From contig JAGSHN010000020.1 in assembly GCA_029855935.1 (NCBI GenBank), forward strand, positions 1-64,000: DNA of 64,000 bases. The letters are read 5' to 3'. Shown one piece after another: positions 1-9,196 of this stretch (positions are counted from its first letter, which is position 1; each line of letters starts with the position of its first letter). This stretch comes from Candidatus Thorarchaeota archaeon (GTDB taxonomy: Archaea > Asgardarchaeota > Thorarchaeia > Thorarchaeales > Thorarchaeaceae). Under the pieces are notes generated by a model. The model was given only the letters and a program-made list of their open reading frames with translations. It ran no database searches and had not been told where the DNA came from. The position numbers and the translations under genes were made by a program.

Positions 1-1
1 C

Positions 2-763
2 GAACTGAGAGAAGACTACGCTGAGGTGTGGAACAACCTTGGTGTCCTCCTCGCCAGACAGGAGCGATGGGAGGAGGCTGAAACAGCACTCCGCAGGGCC
101 ATCGAACTGAGACCCGATCTTGCTGAGGCGTGGTACAACCTCGGCCTTCTGCTCAAGCAGATGAAGCGATGGGAGGAGGCCGTAGAGGCATTCCGCAGAG
201 TCGTCGAACTGCAACCAGACGATGCTAGGGCGTGGGGCGCCCTCGGCGGTCTCTTCGCCGGAGAGGAACGATGGGAGGAGGCTGAAGAGGCATTCCGCAG
301 AGTCGTCGAACTGAGACCCGATCTTGCTGAGGCGTGGTACAACCTCGGCAACCTGCTCGATGAGCGGAGGGAACGATGGGAGGAGGCTGAAGAGGCATAT
401 CGCAGGGCCGTCGAACTGAGACCCGATCTTGCTGAGGCGTGGTACAACCTCGGGGTCCTGCTCGCCGAGCAGAGGGAACGATGGGACGAGGCTGAAGAGG
501 CACTCCGCAGGGCCATCGAACTCAATCCCAATCTTGCTGGGGCGTGGTACAACCTAGGTCTTGTCCTTCTCGAGCAAGGGGAAATGGAGCCTGCTACCCA
601 AGCGCTCTCCGCTGCGATCCGACTTCAGCCCAGTCTTGCAGAGCCGTGTCTAGGACTTGCGGAGAAATGGGTGAAAAGTGGGCAATACGAGAAGGCAGGG
701 GCCGTGTATGATGCAGTCTTTCATTCAACCTCAGACGAGCAAATCAGAGAGCGTACCGAATAA
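2..763 (+). CDS. TPR-repeat protein (5' end outside window)
   Basis: At least 6 tandem 34-35 aa TPR units (AEAWYNLG-x-LL...WEEAEEA-x-RRA-x-EL-x-P). The reading frame is open to the window edge. Confidence 0.9.
   Translation, partial: ELREDYAEVWNNLGVLLARQERWEEAETALRRAIELRPDLAEAWYNLGLLLKQMKRWEEAVEAFRRVVELQPDDARAWGALGGLFAGEERWEEAEEAFRRVVELRPDLAEAWYNLGNLLDERRERWEEAEEAYRRAVELRPDLAEAWYNLGVLLAEQRERWDEAEEALRRAIELNPNLAGAWYNLGLVLLEQGEMEPATQALSAAIRLQPSLAEPCLGLAEKWVKSGQYEKAGAVYDAVFHSTSDEQIRERTE
102..560 (+). repeat. Near-identical intragenic DNA repeats of the TPR units (102-105 bp period)
   Basis: The 43-mer tcgaactgagacccgatcttgctgaggcgtggtacaacctcgg occurs at 102, 306 and 411, with a diverged copy near 516. 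Confidence 0.9.
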
Positions 764-882
764 GAGCTCGATAAGGAAAGTCGAATGAGATACTTGCTTT
801 GCTGGGTGCCGCAACGGCCACGGATTGAAGATGGCCTTCTCCAGAAGGCCCAAATACCACAGAAACACCCAGAAATCCTGAG

Positions 883-2322
883 ATGTTGTCACGTTCTCTT
901 CTCAACGGGATCATTGCGCTCATCATAGTGCTGGGGATAGTTGCTGCAAGTCTCTATTTCGTGACTGTCATCAATCAGGGCAACACCCCGACTGAGACGA
1001 CTCCCACAACGACAGGCACCCCGCCCGCAATTGGGATAGTCGACCCATCCGACGGCGCCACTGTGAGCGGGCTGGTGAACATAACCTTTGTCGCCGATGA
1101 CGAGGATGGTATCCTCTCTACGGAGATACTGATTGACGGAGCGGTCAGGGCGAACGCCACAACAATGATCTGGAACACCACGCTGGAGAACAACGGCAGG
1201 CACAGGATCGTCTGCAGGGCCACCGACATCGAGGGCACGCCCGGAGAGGCCTCCGTCACGGTCACTGTGAACAACACCCGTGTGGTTCCCGAGACCATCA
1301 CAGAGCCCATCAAGGTGATGACCTACAACATCTGGGAGTCTGGCCGAGACCCCGACTGGAAGCAGGTGATGTTCGAGGAGAATCCCGACATCGTGGTGCT
1401 GATTGAGACCGGCCGGTTCGATGACTCTCAGGACGCCCTTCTCAACCGGATTGTCCTCGAGTTCAACACTCACTTCTCTGACGAGCTCCCGTATCAGGGT
1501 TACACCGCGGAGGGCATAGACTACACCACTGATGGCGAGGCCATCCTGAGCAGGTATCCAATCCTGGAGTTCAACCAGATACCGACCGTGAAGCTGGATG
1601 ACGGCTCATCCTACGATGTGACGCACGACTTCATCGAGGCGGTCGTGAGAGTCAACGGCACGGACATCCACGTGATCGGTGGTCATCTCAAGGCGATGGA
1701 GGGCAGCAACAATCAGCATCGCCGAGAGGTCGAGACCGAGGGCATCATCAACTATATGGACGACCTGGGAGATGTCCCGATCATCTTCCTCGCAGATATG
1801 AACTCCTTCTCGCCCGATGACACTGGTGGCCACGCACCACCGCCGACGACTGTGGACCTGGGCTACGGACCCCTGACAATGATGCTCCGGCCAGACGACC
1901 CGGTCTACGGACAATACTCGTCGAAGGTTCACACATTCATCGACGTCTTCCGCACCCTGAACCCCGATGACCCCGGCTACACCTATCCTGAGATTGGTAG
2001 GATCGACTACGTGATAGTGAACCAGCACTTTGCGGGGCTGGCCATCAACTCCACTGCCGGCGACACTCCTCACGCGGCCACAGGATCCGACCACTACTCG
2101 GTCGACGCGTTCCTGAAGGTGCCTCACCAAGCTGATCACCGTCCCATTCTTGCTTCGCCAAACTACAGTCTCATCTTATTCCCGAAATCTCGTCCCACGC
2201 CATGTCAACATCCCATCGGATTTCCGCACGTGAGCGAAGACGAGACACGATACTTGTCACACACGATAATCAAGTGCTTGCCTTGTTTTCTTGCCTTTCG
2301 TACCGGAACCTCACACGAGTAA
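883..2322 (+). CDS. Membrane-anchored endonuclease/exonuclease/phosphatase (EEP) family protein with an Ig-like domain
   Basis: N-terminal TM helix, Thr/Pro linker, Ig-like domain, then EEP motifs MTYNI, PDIVVLIE, ADMNS, RIDYV and SDH. Confidence 0.85.
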   Translation: MLSRSLLNGIIALIIVLGIVAASLYFVTVINQGNTPTETTPTTTGTPPAIGIVDPSDGATVSGLVNITFVADDEDGILSTEILIDGAVRANATTMIWNTTLENNGRHRIVCRATDIEGTPGEASVTVTVNNTRVVPETITEPIKVMTYNIWESGRDPDWKQVMFEENPDIVVLIETGRFDDSQDALLNRIVLEFNTHFSDELPYQGYTAEGIDYTTDGEAILSRYPILEFNQIPTVKLDDGSSYDVTHDFIEAVVRVNGTDIHVIGGHLKAMEGSNNQHRREVETEGIINYMDDLGDVPIIFLADMNSFSPDDTGGHAPPPTTVDLGYGPLTMMLRPDDPVYGQYSSKVHTFIDVFRTLNPDDPGYTYPEIGRIDYVIVNQHFAGLAINSTAGDTPHAATGSDHYSVDAFLKVPHQADHRPILASPNYSLILFPKSRPTPCQHPIGFPHVSEDETRYLSHTIIKCLPCFLAFRTGTSHE

Positions 2323-2444
2323 GAGTGCAATGGCAACCGTCAGCCTTAGACCCAGCTGGAGAAACGAAGAGAAAACATAAGTGGCGAAAGCAATTCAAGG
2401 GAAGCATCAATGCAGGGGTATTCGTAGACTAGGGATGAAACAGA

Positions 2445-3401
2445 GTGTACTACTGGAGTTCAGTTGATTCAAGCTCGCCTTGTGGGGGTTTCTTGTATCT
2501 AGCCGCAAAGACTTGGGAACTCCTACAGGGGGCTCCATGGCTTGGAATCAGGATTGGTGAGAACTCTATCACGGATTTCAACTTGCTAGCATTGCAGCAT
2601 CTGTACCCTAGCCGGATAGTGACTATTGCGTATGATCAACGGTGGCGCGAACCCAAAACCGGAGCAGACTGGGAATGGTGGCTGACAGACAAGCAGTGGT
2701 GGATTGGGCTCCGGGTTCAGGCAAAGAAGATTGGTTCGCTGCGTCTTCGCTATCCGGCACTGACATACTCCCAAAACAAATCTAGTAATCAAATAGACAT
2801 ACTAATCTCGGAGGCGTGGAAGAGTACCCCGCCGAGAATACCAATCTACGTCTTCTACAACTACTGGAACAATCCTGACGCTTCCGCGGTGAATGATCGC
2901 CTCCGACAAGTACTCGATAGAACGTGTCGGGCCCGATGCGAAGGTGGAGTGGTATTTCCCCCAAGGCTACCAGGTCCACCTCTTTCTCCTATCTGTTTCT
3001 TGCGTTGCCCAAGTTGCGCACCGGTCATCCACTTTCCTCAAATGTTCGGTTGTGCAATGAGCCGGGCCGAGGCCGTGAGGGCCATCCTCACTGGAAGAGG
3101 AAACTGGCTGAAGGAAATAGCAAAGACGATGTACCCGTGGTGCCATCTTGTCTGTCAGTGTAGGCCAAGTTTCCCTGACCGGAGTCGAGCTGGATTGCCG
3201 TGGAGAGCCTTGGATTTTCTCCGTCTAATAATGCGAGATGACGTTGAAAGATTTCCTTATGACACGGTCATAACTCAAGAGCCTCCGGACTATGTTGTCA
3301 AGCTTGTGAGGCACGAAGAGCTTTCTTTAGGCGACTGGGAGCACGCTGGCGTCAACAGGATAGTGGTAACCTCTGACTGGCGATTAACTGAACCAGAATA
3401 G
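2445..3401 (+). CDS. DUF6615-like putative PD-(D/E)xK nuclease
   Basis: GENSITD...E-x-x-TGADWEWW...LRVQAKK signature, which has a restriction-endonuclease-like D...QAK arrangement. The DNA is more AT-rich than its neighbours. Confidence 0.6.
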   Translation: MYYWSSVDSSSPCGGFLYLAAKTWELLQGAPWLGIRIGENSITDFNLLALQHLYPSRIVTIAYDQRWREPKTGADWEWWLTDKQWWIGLRVQAKKIGSLRLRYPALTYSQNKSSNQIDILISEAWKSTPPRIPIYVFYNYWNNPDASAVNDRLRQVLDRTCRARCEGGVVFPPRLPGPPLSPICFLRCPSCAPVIHFPQMFGCAMSRAEAVRAILTGRGNWLKEIAKTMYPWCHLVCQCRPSFPDRSRAGLPWRALDFLRLIMRDDVERFPYDTVITQEPPDYVVKLVRHEELSLGDWEHAGVNRIVVTSDWRLTEPE

Positions 3402-4053
3402 AAAAGGCTGTCTCACGCGCTCCTAGGGAGTTCCTCGGTACCTTCTTGGAACACGCAACACTTGGAGCTGGGAGTTACAACGGTGAGATTGCAGTCACTG
3501 CAATGTCGGACGGTGCTGCCACGTTCCCATTGTTGCCCACAAACCGTCTACCTCGCCGTCGCGGTGTCTATCTGAACTCTCTCCCGAAACTTCTCGCAGA
3601 GCTCAGACACGGCTGCATTCGAACTCCGTTCGAAACCTCAGCCGGGCTCGGATTGAATTGTAGCTCAGAGGAGTATCCAAAGATGTGTGGAAACGCTGAA
3701 TGGTTCCCGAGTCAGCCAAGCAATATCACTCTGACAATTCAATCTAGACATCCTTAATGACCGGGGGATGACAACCTGATTGCACTTTGGTGATACAGAC
3801 GGATGCGAATCCAACAGGAACTCCGGCCCACATTCCGTCGCAGGCAAGCATGCAGAGAAGACGGAAGACTATGCACGCATTTCCAAATGCCCACGCAGAA
3901 CGGCACTGTTCACAGTTGACGAAGATCGACGTTTTTCCGAAACAACCACGGGAATGCTCAGGATGAAGATCAAAGAATGGGGAAACGTTGCTTGCAAACA
4001 GGAACGTCGATGATGAGGGATATGGCGGATGTGGAATGCTCCGGTTGAGAGCC

Positions 4054-4089
4054 AAAAAGTATGGTCGGGTCCCTCTGTGGTGAGGGACC
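4054..4089 (-). terminator. Hairpin plus U-tract downstream of the 4137-4439 gene
   Basis: ggtccctc-tgtggt-gagggacc stem (4068-4089), followed on the minus strand by TTTTT (4054-4058). Confidence 0.5.
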
Positions 4090-4136
4090 GCTTTGGGAGT
4101 CCGGCGGCGAACAGGAGAGTCTGCTGCGTGCAGATG

Positions 4137-4439
4137 TCAGTAGACCTCTCGTGGACTGCGAAGCAGGCGCTCGGGTAGCTTTCCTCCCTCACCGAGAATC
4201 TCGAGCTCGTGGTCGCGGCCGTATCGACCGCCGTCGCTACAGAGGAAGCCGGACTTGACTATGCTACGGGCCTGCCTCTCGGCAGCCCTGCGCGTGATCA
4301 TATTGATGTGCGCCGGCACCGACATTATCAGCTTCTTCTGTGACTCGTCAATCACGAGCAGAATCGTGTCAGGGCTCTCCCTCTTTGTCGTCTCCTTAAA
4401 CTTAGAGGTGCTCTCATCGAACTCTAGGTACCAAGGCAT
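4137..4439 (-). CDS. Single-domain gelsolin/cofilin-like protein (Asgard ProGel-like), 100 aa
   Basis: ILLVIDE strand and hairpin, long helix MITRRAAERQARSIVKSG, then a strand and short C-terminal tail. This resembles my recollection of Thorarchaeota ProGel and is not verified by search. Confidence 0.55.
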   Translation of the reverse strand: MPWYLEFDESTSKFKETTKRESPDTILLVIDESQKKLIMSVPAHINMITRRAAERQARSIVKSGFLCSDGGRYGRDHELEILGEGGKLPERLLRSPREVY

Positions 4440-4544
4440 GACTCACAGAGCCTCCCAATCGTCGATACTTGTTCTGAGGATTACTTGTCGGTATTTATCT
4501 GATTCTAGGGCGTCTTTCACGCTCCCGCGGCGTCCCCGTGAGCC

Positions 4545-5231
4545 CTATGAGAGAAGATGAGCCGTGCCGCAGTGAGCACAGACGATGGCCTTCTGACCCT
4601 CCTCAGGAACTGGGAGAGGAGCGCCGCAGTTCTGGCACCTCAGAGCCGTCAGCTCGTGCTTCTCCGTAGGCGGTACCGTCAGTCGAAACACTCTGTCGGC
4701 GATGTCCGCCAAGGTCTTGCCGACCCTTGCCGCAGCTGCAGCGATGGCACTACGCTCAGGATCAGTCAGAGCGGCGAGCCCAACGGCCTTGAAGAAACCG
4801 TCAATGGTCTTTCCGACCTTGCCCACCAGAGCCGCCGCCTTGTACGCAAGGACATCACTGACGTAGAGCTCTGGGAGCTCGCTGTCGGGGTGGCCGGGTA
4901 TCTGGTAGCCGTGTCTCCAGTCCGTTCTCTCCTTCCTCAGTCCCGCAATCTCGTGGCCACAGCTGGGACATACCAGCCTCCATCCCTGAGTCCGAAACAG
5001 CCCCTTCTTTACCTTCTTCTCCCCCACGTTGTACCAGCATCGTTTGTGAGCGGTCTTTCCGCAGCTCGGGCAGGTGAACAGGTGGTAACGCTCGGGCCTC
5101 AGTCTGACGGGGCGGCCAGTGTGCACCTCTGCATACTCAAGGTCAGCATTCCTGTAGTTGAGGAGATATCTGCCACAGATAAAACAGACCTTGCCGTCCA
5201 GTTCGCGAAGCCGTTCAACATCGTACTTCAA
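4545..5231 (-). CDS. C4HC3 (RING-variant/PHD-like) zinc finger protein with a C-terminal zinc ribbon
   Basis: CFIC...CPSC-x4-H-x2-C...CPSC, plus CQNC...CAHC at the C-terminus. Confidence 0.7.
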   Translation of the reverse strand: MKYDVERLRELDGKVCFICGRYLLNYRNADLEYAEVHTGRPVRLRPERYHLFTCPSCGKTAHKRCWYNVGEKKVKKGLFRTQGWRLVCPSCGHEIAGLRKERTDWRHGYQIPGHPDSELPELYVSDVLAYKAAALVGKVGKTIDGFFKAVGLAALTDPERSAIAAAAARVGKTLADIADRVFRLTVPPTEKHELTALRCQNCGAPLPVPEEGQKAIVCAHCGTAHLLS

Positions 5232-5432
5232 TGGGGCTCACCGACGGCACTGGTAGAGATTCGCCAATAAAGCCTTGCCTACTACCAATCATCGACTCCA
5301 AGGCTCCTGAATGCCTCAGTGTTTCCTGCCGAGAGCCCTGCGAGCGGATTTGGCAAGATTCTCACAGACTCTCCTCGCTGTACGTATTGGCCTGTCTGGC
5401 TACGACTCGAGTGCCGTGTATCTGTCAACTCA

Positions 5433-5855
5433 TCAGCCGACTCTACATTCTCCGACGAACCCCAGCTCGACCACCCGGCGCCTCGGCCCATCGCATTCAA
5501 CGAACAAGACCCTCTGCCAGGTGCCCAACACAGGATGGCCGTCACGTACGATCAGTGAGACACTCATTCCGAGGACACTGGTAATCAGGTGGGAGTGCGC
5601 ATTGCTGTCCACGCGGTCGTGTTGGTAGCCGCGTCCCTTCGGAATCAATCGTAGGAGAACCGTCTCGAAATCTTTCATCAGTCCGTGTTCGGCCTCGTTG
5701 ACAGTGAGACCCGCAGTCGTGTGTCTCGTGGAGAGTGTGAGAAGTCCGTTCAGAGCTCCACGTTGGCGTACCCACTCGTCCACTCTTGAGGTTATGTCGA
5801 TCACTTCGACCTCTCGACTTGAACTGACAGAGATCGAGCCCGTACGGAACTCCAT
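5433..5855 (-). CDS. yjbQ: YjbQ/UPF0047 family protein (secondary thiamine-phosphate synthase)
   Basis: HTTAGLTVNE, HDRVDSNAHSH and LGTWQRVLFVECDGPR motifs. The likely start is ATG 5855. Confidence 0.9.
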   Translation of the reverse strand: MEFRTGSISVSSSREVEVIDITSRVDEWVRQRGALNGLLTLSTRHTTAGLTVNEAEHGLMKDFETVLLRLIPKGRGYQHDRVDSNAHSHLITSVLGMSVSLIVRDGHPVLGTWQRVLFVECDGPRRRVVELGFVGECRVG

Positions 5856-6239
5856 CTTCAACCACAACTTGGACAACATCACGGCGCGTGAAATCACTTT
5901 CGAACCACCTGAATTGGCTGAGAGGACACAGACCCTTCGCAACGCTGTGCAGATCGGCTCGGTTGCCGCTTGCTCACCAGTCCGCGTCTCTGTTGTCGCA
6001 GGAACGGAGAGGCGTGAGTTGAGGAGAGATGTGTCTTCAGAGGGCGGCTGGCTCTCTCTTCCTGATGACGCCGAGGGATTGGAATCTCCGGGTCACTTCT
6101 CTTCTCACAACTGAGTTAGGCGCGTGTGGCGAACTCCCCTGAGGCCCGCCGACCCAAGTTCTGGTACAAGGACCCGATTGTCTGTCATGCGAAGACCCTT
6201 GAGACTGGAAAGAGTCATCAAGAACCACCAACATAGCAC

Positions 6240-7163
6240 GTGCTGTATCACATCGGACCCGAGCGAACTACTGCAGACCGTGCACCCCAGAAACTGTCCG
6301 CGCGGGTTCGATCTGGCCCGGAGGACCTATGGTTGCATACTCGGGGTGAGAGGCGCGATTTCGTAGTGGGAGCAATTGGTGGAGTCGCCCTAGTCGTGCT
6401 GATGAGCATCTATCTCTACCCCCACCTGATCGCGATGTCGGTCCTGTTCTCTATCGTCTACGCCTTCTACGGCACGGTTGGAATAATCAATGTTCTCGAC
6501 AGAGTCTTCCGGGATGAACGCGTGGTCACATCGCTGTCGTTACTGGCGTTGCTGGTCTTGTACGTCATGCCAGTGCTTCAGTTCGGTTCGAGTCCCGGCA
6601 CGGAGGTCCCAGGCTACGTGGACATACGCTCTCCAACCGACTTTGTCATGTCCATCATCCTGCTGGTGAGGATCTTCGCCTTCGTGATGGGTCTGGGCTG
6701 GGTCCTCTTCCTGTGGTTCTCCAACAGCGCGCTGAACGCCCTGGCCAAGCTGCAGGAGATGGGGCCGACTATGACGGGATTTGGTGCGGTCCTGTACACG
6801 TTTGGTGGAGTCCTCCTGTACCTCGCACTGCGGACCTGCGTGGTTCTGCTGACAGGCCTCTACGAGATGGGAATCTTCGCAATACCGGTTCCTCCTGATG
6901 CAGTGCTCAGTGCGCATCTGCTCTGGATTCCAGCTTCCATGCTCGCTGTCATCCTGAGAAGCCAGGGGCAGGTGCCGCTGATGCCCAACGACACCGCGAC
7001 GGCTGACAAGTCTGTGAGACTTCGTCTGTATCTCGGGATCTGGTTACTGCTTGTGGGAGACTTGTTCTGGGGACGGGGAGTCACAATGCCACTGTGGTTG
7101 TTCATCGGTGCCGCACTCATAGCTCGGGCCATAGAGACGATGGCGACAACTGAGGTCAACTAG
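6240..7163 (+). CDS. Hypothetical multi-pass membrane protein (start uncertain)
   Basis: About 8 hydrophobic segments; no family recognised. Confidence 0.65.
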   Translation: MLYHIGPERTTADRAPQKLSARVRSGPEDLWLHTRGERRDFVVGAIGGVALVVLMSIYLYPHLIAMSVLFSIVYAFYGTVGIINVLDRVFRDERVVTSLSLLALLVLYVMPVLQFGSSPGTEVPGYVDIRSPTDFVMSIILLVRIFAFVMGLGWVLFLWFSNSALNALAKLQEMGPTMTGFGAVLYTFGGVLLYLALRTCVVLLTGLYEMGIFAIPVPPDAVLSAHLLWIPASMLAVILRSQGQVPLMPNDTATADKSVRLRLYLGIWLLLVGDLFWGRGVTMPLWLFIGAALIARAIETMATTEVN

Positions 7164-7311
7164 GCACAACATCCTGAGGTCACCATTCAGAGACAGTCGC
7201 TTCATGGCGGCGAGGACAGACGCCGTCTCAACCTATTCTGAGTTCACGTGAGGCTGCGCCAGAGGACTCTGGGGGCTGACCCCTGTGGGTGTGTCCTCCG
7301 TTCAACCCACG

Positions 7312-7560
7312 TCGATTGAGTTGACAACAGGACCCAACGCAGAGGTCTCGGACGAAGCACAACGCAGATGTTTGACCTGTAGAGGGTACGATGCACTCGC
7401 TGTGCTGAGACCGAGAACAACTGTCTATGCTGTTGGGCACGCGGAACCCACAGACTACCGCGCTACCCAGATACCCTCACAGGGAGAGCAGGCAGTGAGA
7501 GAATTGATAAACTACAGGATGACTACCATAGCCAACTATGTTTATCAAGACCCCGGTGGA
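7312..7560 (+). pseudogene. Degenerate duplicate of the upstream region and 5' end of the 8360-9040 gene
   Basis: Aligns with 8306-8555 (cgatt-a/g-agtt...cagg-x-cccaacgc...cagatgtt; LRPRTTVYAV-x-HAEP...GEQ-x-x-RELIN-x-RM). The ATG at 7368 is followed by TAG at 7380 (frameshift). Confidence 0.8.
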
Positions 7561-8242
7561 GATTGCGCCAAACTGCGTGGTGTGTTCCGAACCTGCCGAC
7601 CGCGCATTGGAGTTCTTCGACCCTCTCGGTAAGTGCCAAGTCCCTATGTGCGAGAGACACACCCAAGAGGCTGTGGCGCTGGCCAAGCGCCGCATCGCGA
7701 GGACCTATGTGCTCATCGTGCTGGGATTCGCTGTCACCACGTTTCCATTGTACTCTCTGATCTACCTGGCGACATCTTCTCAACCCTTGACCTTCGCCGC
7801 GCTCGGCGCGACACTGGCGGCGATCTCGTGGCTGGCATCATATTACTTTGCGCGCAGCGAGAATCCGTTCTTGGCGAGGGCAGTTTCTCCGGCGATAGTC
7901 ACTCGCGTGGCCCCATTTGTGATCAGGACTCTGCCGCCGACCGTTCCCGTACTGGCCGCGATCGTGTCACCCATTCTGGCTGTCCCCAACACGGTCCTGC
8001 TCACCATCGCCCCCGAAGATGTAGTCCTGCTGATGCTCGTGGTTCCTCTTGGCGTCGGAATGGCTGCGCTTGTGGTGTTGAGACACTGGTCCTTCGAGTC
8101 ACACTCTTGGTGGTGGCGAAAGGTGTTCCGGGTTCGGCTCTTTATGCGGGAGGAGGGTGTGACAGCCGAACTCCCCGACAATGTGGTCATCGAAAGGGGG
8201 GTAGCTAGCGACTCATTCGAAGATGGCCACCATGTGGACTGA
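7538..8242 (+). CDS. Hypothetical membrane protein with an N-terminal CxxC...CxxH motif
   Basis: CVVC...CERH followed by about 4 TM segments. Confidence 0.6.
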   Translation: MFIKTPVEIAPNCVVCSEPADRALEFFDPLGKCQVPMCERHTQEAVALAKRRIARTYVLIVLGFAVTTFPLYSLIYLATSSQPLTFAALGATLAAISWLASYYFARSENPFLARAVSPAIVTRVAPFVIRTLPPTVPVLAAIVSPILAVPNTVLLTIAPEDVVLLMLVVPLGVGMAALVVLRHWSFESHSWWWRKVFRVRLFMREEGVTAELPDNVVIERGVASDSFEDGHHVD

Positions 8243-8359
8243 GGTCACAAAAGAGTGTGAACAGAGATTCAAATGGGCCTTCAGGGCAATCTCAAGACCC
8301 GGTGCGATTAAGTTATTAGCAGGTCCCAACGCGCAGGTTGCGGACGGAGCGCGACCCAG

Positions 8360-9040
8360 ATGTTCGAGCTGATTGAAGAGAAAGAGTCACTTCCGGCACT
8401 GAGGCCGCGGACGACGGTCTATGCAGTCGTCCATGCGGAGCCTGTTGACCATCGCGGCAGTGAGGTCTCACCGCGCGGAGAGCAGCAGATCAGGGAGCTG
8501 ATAAACTGCAGGATGATCACCTCCGCCTCGGCGATCTACTCCGCGCCCGGAGGTGCCTCGGAGTACACAGCTGACCAGCTCTCATCGGAGTTCAGTGCAC
8601 CCGTCAAGGTGATAGAAGAACTGGCAGACTTGAGTGTCGGCAAGGCCTCAAGGGACGATGACAGGCTGGGAGAGGAACTAGCCAAGATGTGGGACGACCA
8701 CGACTACGTTCCGCCCGGCGGGGAGTCGCTCGAGCAGGCCACTGAGCGCATATCGCACGCGGCAAACAAGATCGCCTCCTGGCACAGCGTTGACAGTATC
8801 GTCATCGTTGTGTCTCCGTCTGTCGCTGTCCTCTTCAACAGCCTGGTGACAGGTGCTCATCCCACGCTTGAGGACTGGCTCGCTATGGGCCACGCCTCCT
8901 GTGCCATCCTTGAGCATCACAGGACAAGCTGGTCGTTGCTCAGTCCGTTCGACAACACGTTTCTCTCGCAACCAACGACCGTTGTAGATGTTCTTCCAGA
9001 GGCGACGCGTCGACGCCTTGGCGTCCCTGATTCTGACTAG
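8360..9040 (+). CDS. Histidine phosphatase (PGM-like) family protein, catalytic motifs degenerate
   Basis: PPGGESLEQATERI is typical of the fold, but RHG reads VHAE and SHG reads SPS. Confidence 0.7.
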   Translation: MFELIEEKESLPALRPRTTVYAVVHAEPVDHRGSEVSPRGEQQIRELINCRMITSASAIYSAPGGASEYTADQLSSEFSAPVKVIEELADLSVGKASRDDDRLGEELAKMWDDHDYVPPGGESLEQATERISHAANKIASWHSVDSIVIVVSPSVAVLFNSLVTGAHPTLEDWLAMGHASCAILEHHRTSWSLLSPFDNTFLSQPTTVVDVLPEATRRRLGVPDSD

Positions 9041-9148
9041 TCTGCGTACCCGCTGGACGTATCAAGTGTACCCTGACAGAGAGAGATGATACCATTGGCC
9101 GTGACGGTGCCCGAGCTCCGAGAACACTTCGTAGGCCTTGCGTCACCA

Positions 9149-9181
9149 GAAAAAGAGGGAGGAAGGAGGCAAGAGCCTCCT
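9149..9181 (-). terminator. Hairpin plus U-tract after the large surface protein gene
   Basis: aggaggc-aaga-gcctcct (9164-9181), followed on the minus strand by a pyrimidine/T run. Confidence 0.55.
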
Positions 9182-9196
9182 GCCAAGTCTGTACTA

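Noticed and set aside
6015-6115. Imperfect inverted repeat (agttgaggagaga / tctcttctcacaact) upstream of yjbQ as a possible riboswitch or ncRNA
   Set aside because: Low-complexity pairing and no convincing riboswitch consensus.
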